Positions 31,101 to 42,800 of a stretch of 64,000 nucleotides of DNA are shown piece after piece. Source of the stretch: Eledone cirrhosa (Eukaryota); contig CAXHJY010001750.1 in assembly GCA_964016885.1 (NCBI GenBank), positions 124,001 to 188,000 on the forward strand. Direction: 5' to 3'. Made by a program: the position numbers and the translations under genes. The notes beneath the pieces were generated by a model that was not told the DNA's origin, searched no databases, and worked only from the letters and a program-made list of their open reading frames with translations. The stretch's first letter is position 1, and each line of letters begins with the position of its first letter.

Positions 31101-34100
31101 ACATGGACAATCCCATAGTGCTGGTGCCACAATAAAATGCACAGGAATGTCTGTTAGTGTGATGCAAGCTTCTGGCCTGTCTGGCATTCAGTAGAACATA
31201 TGTAAGCGAGATGTAGACTCCTGGCCCCTCGGAGAGGTCAGTAACTCCACATGAGTAAATACAGTCTGTGGAGACTTCTCCAACCCTTGCTAGCAGGGAT
31301 GACATATGTTAAATGTTGATGATGCTGATGATACACACACTTACACATACTATGTCATGTATGTTTTGTTTTGTATTTTTTCTATTTAGTGATAAAAACT
31401 TTGGAAAATGGGAGAAACATACAAGAGGAATCGGTCAGAAACTTCTAGAAAAGGTAATTTTGGATTACAAAAGCCTTTGCTGATTATGACTAGTCTTTAC
31501 CTTTATCTATTAATAGCTATATTTTCATTTGGATATAACTAGCTTTATCTGGTTATAACTAACTTTTATTTTGTTAAAGCTAGTCTATATCTGTGAAGGT
31601 GCATGGCTGAGTGGTTAGAGAATTAGATTCGCAAAGATGAGGTTATGATTTAGATTCCCAGACCAGGTGATGTGTTATGTCCTTGAGCAAGACACTTTAT
31701 TTCATGTTGCTCCTTCTCCCTGGATTTGCAACTGATAGATAGTATTAGCAAATAGAAACATTGTTTCCTCGGTCTGATTTGACCAGCTCCACCCCACTCA
31801 ATATGTGAATGAGGTCTGGGATCTTGTCAATCGACTGTTGATATCTGTTTATAACTCGTCTCTATCTGACTATGAGGGCTGGCTAAAATGTTCATAGGCT
31901 GACCAAGATACACTAATGGAATGATCAAATGAGATTTATTTTTTAACATAGTTCCTGGCATTTATTTATAAGAAGTGTTGAAATTATTGCATGCAAGATT
32001 TCACAGCAATAGCATCACTCCTTCATAGTCAGCCTATGAACTTTTCAGCTCACCCTTGTATAAATAATTGTATCTGCAGCTGGTTATTACAAAAATAATA
32101 ATGTTTTTTTTTTTCAATAATAATGATAATAATGAAAATTATTGTGTATAGTGTTCAGGTGCACTGCAACTTATCAAAGGTGCATGTATAGTACATAGAA
32201 TATTGTACAAATGTCAGGGAAGTGAACAGTGTATGAGTCATGATATACACACAGACATACATACATGCATGTGTATGGAGAGGGAATATCAGCTGTAGGT
32301 GTAGTGTTGGTGAATTTTGGGAAGCATGGAGGTTTTGAAGGCATCAGTGTCCCGACAGCTAACAACTGATGCAAGTAGTTTATTCCATGCTTCAGCAACT
32401 CCGAGCATGAAAAAATGTTTCTGAAAGTCAATGGAGCTGTGCTATTTTCTGATTTTGTAAGCATGTCCATGGATATTTATATTTTGTTGTATTTTTTCTG
32501 TAATTCTTTGATGTCACCCTTCGTCATCTGGTTTTCTTTTGCTGACAAATTTCAGATGGGTTACGAGAAAGGCAAAGGGTTAGGAAAAACTGCCCAAGGT
32601 ATCACTGCACCCATCGAAGCTGTGAAACGTCGTCGTCGTGCTGGGCTGGAGTTCAGTGGCGCCGAGAGAACTCAGCAGTCTTTGAAACACTATCCTGTAC
32701 AAGATTCTGATGAGGAGGAAGAAACTGAATTTAAGAATGAACTTCATCAGTGGAAAAGGGAACCTCTGGTGAGTCTCTGTTTTTTTTAATATCTGGTTAT
32801 AACTAGTCTCTCTCTAGTGATAACTAGTCTTTATCTAGCTATAACTAGTCTTTACCTGGTTATAACTAGTTTTTATGTAGTTATAACTAGTCTTTATCTG
32901 GTTATAACTAGTCTTTACCTGGTTATGAATAGTCTTTATCTGGTTATAACTATACTCTCAATAGTTATAAGTATCTCCCTCTCTAGTTATAACTAGTTTT
33001 TATCTGGTTGTAACTAGTCTTTCTGGTTATAATTAATCATTGTCTGGTTATTACTAGTCTTTATCTGGCTATGAGTAATCACTATTTGGTTATAACTAGT
33101 TTTTATCTCCTGACTAGTCATTTGGTTATTATCTGGTTATGGCCAGTCATTATCTAGTTATGACTAGCCATTATCTGGTTATAACTAACATCTGTCAGAT
33201 TATAACTAATTTTTATTTGGTCATATCTGGATATAACTAGTCTTTATCTGGATATAACTAGTTTTTATCTGGTTATTATGAGCATGTATTATCCTTTATT
33301 TCTAAACGAGTCCATGAATATTCATGATTGTTAAGCCGAGGGTTCGATTATCAGATGGAGTAGAGCATTGTGCCCTTCAGCAAGACATTTCATTTCATTT
33401 GTCTTTGATTCATTTCAGGGAAATAACCGTAAGCCAAAGTATGTCTATAAAACAGCACAGGATGTCATAGAGTCTGGTTTGACACGAAAGAAACGTCCGA
33501 TTCAGTCAAGTGAACTGTCAAAGGTGAAGGTCATTGACATGACTGGCAAAGAGAAACGAGTACTTTCAGGTATTTTATGCTTTTATTTCTAACATCTTTA
33601 CACCAATCTTTTTAAAATATATATATATATGTCATAATAATGGTAATAATATCATCAACCCTTTAGCATTTAAACTGGCCGTATCTGGCCAGAATTCTCT
33701 CACCTCTTTCTATTCAAACTGGCTTTAACCAGCCACTCATACATATGTTAAGGTATTGTTCTCAAAATAAATAATATCCAAATCTCATAGATTCGATATT
33801 ATGTGAGATAATAATGTAAGGTAAAGACTTTATCATGAAAATATAATAATAAATATTGAGTAATGTAAATACTAAATAGTTAATAAATGGAGTATCAAAA
33901 CTGCTTTACTGGATGGTTAAAAGCTCAATGCAATGGGGTTCATGCAGAGCTGTTATATACTCATTTTAAAAACACCAGAAACATTTATCCATTTGACAAT
34001 GTCTTGAATCTTTTGTGTTTATAAAATTAGTGTATATATATATATATATATATGTAAAAGGTAAACAGAAATAACAACACAATCGGTACAGTATATGGAA

Positions 34101-37100
34101 GGTATATATTAGGTTAACGCTTGATATAGCAGGAAGAGGGTCTTAACGTTTCAGACGCTAGTCCTTCATCAGAAGAAAGAATGAGAAATAAAATAGATTG
34201 AGGAGACGGGCGGGTTGGAAGTGGAAAAAATATCTTTAGATAAAAATAACAGGTCCATTCATGTTGACATATATATATGTTTGAATTAGAAATCAATATA
34301 AAATACCAAATAAGATATAATTTGAAGAAAATTTGGTTGCTATTTCTTGCATGTTGAATGATCACTAAGAAGTTCCTTTATTAGCTATATGTTTGTTTTA
34401 TTTGGTAGGTTACCATGCCATCTGTCAACGTCACGACAAACCAGATGATGATGATGATGTTATTGAGTCAACTCCTAAGACACGCACAGCATTTGATGTC
34501 CCTGAACTGGTCCACAATCTGAACATCCTTGTCAACATGTCTGAAGTGGACATTATACAGAATGACCGCAAGTATGAGAACATCATCATCATTTAACATC
34601 TGTTTTTCCTGCTAGCAAGGGCTGATAATTTCAATCTTATTTAATTGAATTTGTTATATGTAATCATCATCACCGTTTAAGAGCTATTTTTCCATGCTTG
34701 CATGGGTTAAAGGGGTCGTCCACATCATGAGACAAGTCTGGCCGGTTGACCATGCTATACCTTGCTCAGACAGAACTGTATTTTAGCCTGGATTTTTACA
34801 GCTGGATGACCTTCCTAACACCAGTCATGTTTACTGTGTGGAATGATAATAGTAATAATTTCTAATTTAGACACAAGGCCAACAATTTGGTGGTGGAGGA
34901 ATATTTTGTTTACATTGAAACAGTGCATAACTGGTACTTTCTTTTATTAACCCTCGGAAGGATGAAAGGCAGAGTTGAACCAAGAACGTAAAGAGCTAAA
35001 GCAAATACATGCAAAGCATTCTATCTTACGCCCCAACAATTTAACAATAATTAAAGTGGGAATTAAAAAGATTTGGGACTGCCATGAGATCAAGATCGTC
35101 CCGATTGTCATTGGAGCACTAGGTACTATCTCAAAGAGTTTTCAAGGATGATTAAAGAACATTAGTCCAACCCCCTTTTTTTGGAACACTTCAAAAGGCA
35201 TGCTTGCTGGGAACAGCAAGAACCCTCCGATACGTTCTGAATAACTGAGGCAGGTAGAGGCTTGATGTTCATTTGAACAAACTTTCCAGCTAGATAACAT
35301 GAATGACAGACTCCAATAATAATAATAATAATAAAGGTTTCTGATTTAAGCACAAGGCCATCGATTTTGCGAGGAGGGAAAAATTGATTAAATCAACTCC
35401 AGTGTGTTACTCGTACTTTATTTTATTGAACCTGTAAGGATGAAAGGCAGGATTTGAACTGAGAATGTAAGGAGCTGCCAATCCACTGCCATTTTATAAT
35501 AACAATGATAGATCCAGTGTATTTTAAATAGGAGTCATCTGTGAATGTGACAGTTTAGGTGTGCATTAACATGGTGAAACATTCCAGAAGAATGATTTCA
35601 GGATCAAAATAAACAAACAGGGCAAAAAAATACAGATGAGTGTTAAGCTAAATATAAAAGAATTAATAGTTTTGTATTTATAGTCCTATGCGAGCAAGAC
35701 AACCACTCTTGCCTCAAGTGGGAAAACCCCCGTCCAAACCCATGCAAGCGTGGAACACGGACGCTAAACCTGATGATGATGATGATGATGATGATGTTTT
35801 GGACAGTGGTTATGAGTGCACTGCTCTACCCACTAGGCTAGGCAACTATGATAGATAGAAAGCATTCATTAATTCTAATCTGTTGCATTCTGTTTTGATA
35901 TTTCAACAGATTACGCTATAACAAAGATCAGATTGTCAACATGAACCATGAGAAGGAACGGCTTGATGTAGTCTGTGAACAGGAGAAGACGCAGTGTGAT
36001 CGACTACAAGAGATTCTGGATATGGTTGAAAGGTATTTTTTCATTCCATCTCTATATATCTATCTATCTAGCTCTATCTTTATCTCTATCTCTCTATATA
36101 TATCTATCTATCTAGCTCTATCTCTCTATATATATCTATCTATCTAGCTCTATCTCTCTATATATATCTATCTATCTAGGTCTATTTATCTTTATCTCTA
36201 CCTATCTAGCTATATCTATATGTTTATAGCGCTAACTTTATCTATATATCTATCTATCTTTATCTCTATATATCTAGCTCTATCTATCTATCTCTGTATA
36301 TAGCTCTAACTTTATCTATATATCTATCTATCTTTATCTCTATATATCTAGCTCTATCTATCTATCTCTATATATATAGCTCTAACTTTATCTATATATC
36401 TATCTGATTGCCTGTGTGTCTATTGTATATTTTACTGTAAACTACTGGAGTTGGTAGAGTAACAGGAATGTTAGGACCACAAACTAAATTGAAAGATTTC
36501 CTTGTCCTGTTTCCATCGAATCAACTGTAACAGCAACCTTTCACTTCTACAGCTTCTTTTGTTCCTTTTGCTCTGCATGAGGCCTTGAGTGATGAGGCCA
36601 GGTATTTGCTTGTCATTTCTGTAGCAATTTTGATCAATAGAGGTAAGGCTGCTAGCCCCACCTCACGAGGCTCCTTCCTGAGATGGGCTGCTGTCATTCC
36701 AATTTTATGGTGGAGGTCAGCTGTATGGGGTCGAGGACGCCTGAGGTCATGATGATGACCAGTGCAAAGAGGAAGCAGCTGAAGAAGCCCCAGTAATTGC
36801 TTATCTTCCTGTTCTCTGCATTGTGGCCGAAGCGACTAGGTTGGAAGCAGAGAACGTATTGCAGCATGTTGCACCCCAGATAAGGGATTTACCTCCCTTA
36901 AAAGAGAAGAGGGTAATTCTGTTGGGGCACTTATTACCTTTACTGTTGAGGCCTGCTAGTTGTAGTTGTGATGGAAAGTCAGCTGCATCTAGATTCCTCT
37001 TATTATGTCTTTCTGTCTCTCATCTTCTAGTGTTTGACTATGGCCAGTTAGTTTACTTACCTCTCTCTTTTTCAGTTGTCAGAAGCGAACCCAGACTGAC

Positions 37101-39832
37101 TGTGAAGATGCCATGAGTTTAGACGAGTGTGTCAATCTGTTCAAGAAACTACAGGAGAACTATTATGAAGAGTACAAACTTTATGACCTCGGAGCTTTGG
37201 CCATAGCACTGGTCTTCCCCATGGTAAGAGATATATTACACCTCCTCTTCTTTTTCTTCCTCCTCCCTCTTCCCTCCTACTCATCACCATCCTCCCCCTA
37301 CTCACCATCTTCCGTCCCTCTTCTTCATCCATCATCTTTTTCCCATTTCCTCCTCCACCATCTCATCTCCTCCCTACTTTCCAGAGTGTACCCGATGTAA
37401 TCGTGTCCGATGCTTCCATCGATTTTTGCTAATCCGCTCACCACTGTGCACCTGTTGTGTATTTATTTCAGATGAAACAGTTTTTCAATTCCTGGGAACC
37501 CCTGAAGGAGAATTCTAAGGGCGTGGAGGTGATGGCCGAGTGGCGCTGCATTCTTGAAGATTCCAACCACAAATACAGCTACGACGCCAACAACATGGAT
37601 GTCTTCCAGAGACTGGTCTGGGACATCTGGATGCCGGTCATACGGAAAACCATTCTGTGAGTTGGTCAAAGTGTTGGTGGTGGTGGTGGTGCTTTGTGAT
37701 ATTAGATTGCGGTGTGGTGGTGGGGTTTGTGATGTTAGATTGCAGTGTATTGCTGTTGATGGTGTTAATGGTGGTGGTTGTGGTGGTGGGGTTTGTGATG
37801 TTAGATTGCAGTGTATTGCTGTTGATGGTGTTAATGGTGGTGGTTGTGGTGGTGGGGTTTGTGATGTTGGATTGCAGTGTATTGCTATTGATGGTGTTAA
37901 TGGTGGTGGTTGTGGTGGTGGGGTTTGTGATGTTGGATTGCAGTGTATTGCTGTTGATGGTGTTAATTGTGGTGGTAGGGTTTGTGATGTTGGATTGCAG
38001 TGTATTGCTATTGATGGTGTTAATGGTGGTGGTTGTGGTGGTGGGGTTTGTGATGTTGGATTGCAGTGTATTGCTGTTGATGGTGTTAATGGTGGTGGTT
38101 GTGGTGGTGGGGTTTGTGATGTTGGATTGCAGTGTATTGCTATTGATGGTGTTAATGGTGGTGGTTGTGGTGGTGGGGTTTGTGATGTTGGATTGCAATG
38201 TTGTTGGTGATTTTAACCCTTTAGCATTTGCATTACTTTATATTTACTATTGTATTTTTATGGTAAAGGCTTTATCTCACATAATTATCTCATAATATTG
38301 AATCTATGAGATTGGATTGGCAGTATCGGTAGAGGGTCGGACGCCATGCTTTGACGCATAGAGTTACAGCCCTTGCCATTCTAAGTTCAAATCCTGTCGA
38401 GGTTAACTTTGCCTTTCATCCTTACGAGGTCGATGAAATAAACTACTAGTAATGCACTGGGTAATTGCTGGCCTTGTGCCAAAAGTAGAAACAATTATTT
38501 AATTTAAGAACAATACCTTGAGATCAGCTGATTTGAACAGAAAGAGGTGAGAGAATTCTGGCCGTATGTAGATATAGCTGGTTTAAATGCTAAAGGGTTA
38601 ATAGTGGTTGTGGTAGTGGTGTTGTAGTGTACATTGGTATGTATGTGTGTATTGGTGTGTATGTATTGGCAGAGTGTCGGACACCATGCTTTGCAGCATA
38701 GAGTTATGGTCCTTTATGGTCTGAGTTCAAATCACGCCATGGTTAGCTTTGCCTATATATATGTATATATATATGATATTGCGGGGTCGATAAAATAAAG
38801 TACCAGTCGCACACTGGGGTTGATTTAATCGACTCTCCCCTCTCCCCAAATTGCTGGCCTTGCGCCTATAGTAGAAATTATTAATACTATAGTGACAGTG
38901 TGTAGACACAGATCAGCAATGAGCTATGCAAGTCTTCTAAGACTCATGTAACATGTAATATGTTTTTTTCTGGAATCTTCCAGGCAGTGGAATGTGAGGG
39001 AGTGCAATCCATTGATCGACCTACTGGAGGTATGGATGCCAGTCCTTCCCTCTTGGATATTGGACAACATTCAGGACCAACTGATTCTGCCGCGGTTAAT
39101 GCAGGAGGTAGAGAACTGGAACCCACTGACAGACACCATGCCCATTCATGCATGGCTACACCCCTGGCTACCGTTAATGGGTAAGAAGTTAAACCTTAGC
39201 TCATTACCTTCTCCCTTTCCCTCCATCCCTCCTCTCTTCCTTATTGTGTGTAAGGGCGGTGGATTGGCAGTATCGGTAGAGTGTCGGGCGCCATGCTTCG
39301 CAGCATAGAGTTACGGCCCTTTACGGTCTGAGTTCAAATCCCGCCGAGGTTATGTTTGCCTTTCATCCTTACGGGGTCGATAAAATAAAGTACCAGTAAT
39401 GCACTGGGATAATTGCTGGCCTTGTGCCTAAAGAAGAAACAATTATTAGACCCTCTTTGGCCCTTTATGTTCTAAGTTCAAATCCCGCCGAGGTTAGCTT
39501 TGTCTTTCATCCTTACAGGGTCGATAAAATAAAATACCAGTAATGCACTGTGGTGGATTTAATTGACTTTCCCCTCCTCTTCAAATTGCTGGTCTTGTGC
39601 CTAGAGTAGAAACAATTATTAGACCCTCCTCCATTTCTTGGCCCTCCTCTCCTCCTATAGCTTTCCCCATTATCTCTTTTTCCTCATCCTCCTTACTTAT
39701 TTTTTCAAGCCTGCTTACTTATTTTATCAATCTCTTTTTGTTGAACCACTAAGTTACAAGACATAAACAGAGACTGACATACAAAAGTAAACACAGTCAC
39801 AGACACACACCTACCCAAGCACTCACTCACAT

Positions 39833-39866
<34 letters not shown>

Positions 39867-42800
39867 CCGTTTAACGTCCATGTTCCACGCTTGCATGGGT
39901 TTGGACGGGAGTTTTCCCACTTGAGGCAAGAGTGGTTGTCTTGCTCGCATAGGACTGTCTGGCAGGTTTTCTACAGTTGGATGCCCTTCCTAACACCAAC
40001 CACATTTACAGTGTGGGGCTGGGAGGTTTTTACCGTGTTGCCTACACGGCCACATTACAGCGTGGACTGTGTGTTTTTTTGTCGTGACACCTACACGATC
40101 TCATTTGTTTCGGCCTGGTATATACATACATATATATATGTGTGTGTGTGTATATTTATATATTTATATATATATATACACACACACACATTCATACCTC
40201 CACAACAGGATTCTACAGTTTCTGTCTACTAAATTTCACCCACAGGGTATTGGGCAAGCTGAGATTTTAGTAGAAGTCACAGTGGGGTTGAACCTGAAAC
40301 CATGTGGTTGTAAAATGAACTCCTTAAACCACACAACCATGCCTTAAAAATTCTCTATTTTCTTCACCAGGAGACAAGCTTGAACCTTTGTATGCCCCGA
40401 TCCGACACAAACTCGCCAATGCCCTCAACAAGTGGCACCCATCAGACTCGTCGGCTAAGGTTATACTTCAGCCATGGGTAAGTGTCTTTAAACCTGGCCA
40501 CATGGAGGGCTTTCTGGTGAAGAACATTCTACCTAAGCTTGAACTCTGTATGCAGGAGTTTGTCATCAACCCACACCAACAAATCCTTGGTAAGTGTAAC
40601 ATTTGTTAATAATAATAAAATTAATAATATTAAGAGATCTATTCATTCCATGTATTTCATCATTTATCATCATCATTATTTCCGTTCAGCATCAATTCTT
40701 CCATGCTTGAATGGGTTAGATATAAATTTTTGATCAGCGTTTTGAAAATTGACCTGGTAGCTATATTATTTTATGTATTTAAAATCGAATTTTACAGTTG
40801 TCAATCGATTATTGATGATAGCAGTTTCAAGACAAGAATCAATTGCTAATTCGGCAAGGAAACATATGTTAATGCTTAGAATAATCCCTATTATATCACT
40901 TATCCGTGTTAAACCTCTTTTTACCTGTTATATATATATATATTGGACCTATTATTTTTATCTAAAGACATTTTTTACAATTCCATCCCGCCCGTCTCCT
41001 TGATCTATTTTATTTCTCATTCTTTCTTCTGATGAATGACTAACGTCCATAATTGTTAAGACCCTCTTCCTGCTATATCAAGCGTTAACCTAATATATAC
41101 CTTCCATATACTGTACCGATTGTGTTGTTATTTCTGTTTACCTTTTACATACATATATATATATATATATCTGTCTATACATAAGGCTGGCATTAAATTC
41201 ATAGATATATTTTGTAATACAGAATAGCACTGAAATATAACACTGTCAACCAGTAATATGTATCTCATGTAAGAATAGCCTGGCATGAAAAATAATAATT
41301 TTACTTTGTTTCCCTTTTTGTTTTATCCAGAACCATTACATTGGATGATGTCTTGGAGAGATATCATTGCTCTTCCACACTTAATATCAATAGTGGAGAA
41401 AACTTTATTCCCAAAGTGGTTACAGGTGCTCTGTACCTGGCTTAGCAACATGCCGAATTATGAAGAAGTGACCAACTGGTATCTCGGATGGAAGTCACAG
41501 TTTCCAGAGGAATTTCTCAACCATGCTTTCGTGAAAGGTAAGTGTAATATATTGAAGCTGTCTGCATTTGTTGAACTGTTTGTGTTGACACAGTTGTAAT
41601 GTGCTGAATATCTAGACTTTACACTATATATTTCATATAACTCATTATACTATTTAGCTGTGCTGTTTACAGTAACTACATGACTAAAAGTATAACATTT
41701 GTCTCAAGTCCAGATGCTCATCATGCCAGTCCTTATCTCAGTTTCCCTGGTGTTAAGTGACTGAGAGTACAAGACTCCATCCTGGACAGGACACCAGTCC
41801 ATCACAGGTTTAATTTCCCAGCTATTGTTGGTACTCATTTTCAGTTGAGTATACAGGAGCACTGTGAAATGACGTGTGCTAACTTCTTATAATTTCTACC
41901 TAGTGCTGTTACCACAACAAATAGCACCTTGTACGGTTGTCATGCTTGATGTCGTGATAAAATGCACCTAGTCCACCCTGTAGAGTTGTCATGCAGGTGC
42001 CACAACAAAAAGCACCCAATCCACCCTCTTAGATGGTAGTGCTAATGCCACAATGAAAAGCACTGTCACCCTGTAAGATGGGTAGAGCTGATGATATGAC
42101 AAAAAACATCCAGTCCACCTGGTAAGAAGCTTATACTGGTGCCATGTCAAAAAGCACTCTGTCTATCCTATAAGGTGGTAGTACTGGTGCCATGGAAAAC
42201 ATGCATTCTCTCTAGTATCTAGAAAGAATGTATGTTTGTATGGTGCGGTGGTTTAAGATGTGTTAATGGTCTAGTGTTGTTTGGCAGTGAAGGTATATGA
42301 TCTACAGTAACTGAATAGTAAGTTGATGGTACGGGTTGTTGTATGACATGGTGTCGATGTGACTGTGGTGAGCTATTATGTAGCTGTCAAGGCAGAGGAC
42401 CTATAATGACTGTATAGTGTTGTGTGGTATTGAAAGTAAAGGACCTGTGGTGATTGTGTGATGAGTGTACAAGAGTGAGTGCGAGGGTTGTTTGATGTAT
42501 TATGGTGGGAATTGTGTGATAAAAACTGATGTCTCTATTTTATTAATAAGTATTTTATTAATAATTTTTCTTCTTTTTTTTTCCTCACCTCTCCACTACT
42601 ACCACAACTTTCACAACTCTTCAACTAAAAGACCAGTTCAACAGAGCTCTCGATATAATGAACCGGGCAGCTACTGGCTACTTCCAGCCTGGGGCTAAAG
42701 AAAACATGGCTTACTTTGCACACAACGAACGCCGTCAGATGGGGACAATATCAGCCCCGCCACCACCACCTTCATCAGTGTTGAACATGCTTCCACCCAA

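Noticed and set aside
32790-33277. Palindromic repeat array superficially like CRISPR
   Set aside because: No unique spacers, eukaryotic intron, no cas genes
37554-38295. Three overlapping repetitive ORFs (Gly/Cys-rich, Thr/Asn-rich)
   Set aside because: Products of a 66-bp intronic minisatellite whose unit is a multiple of 3; no independent gene structure
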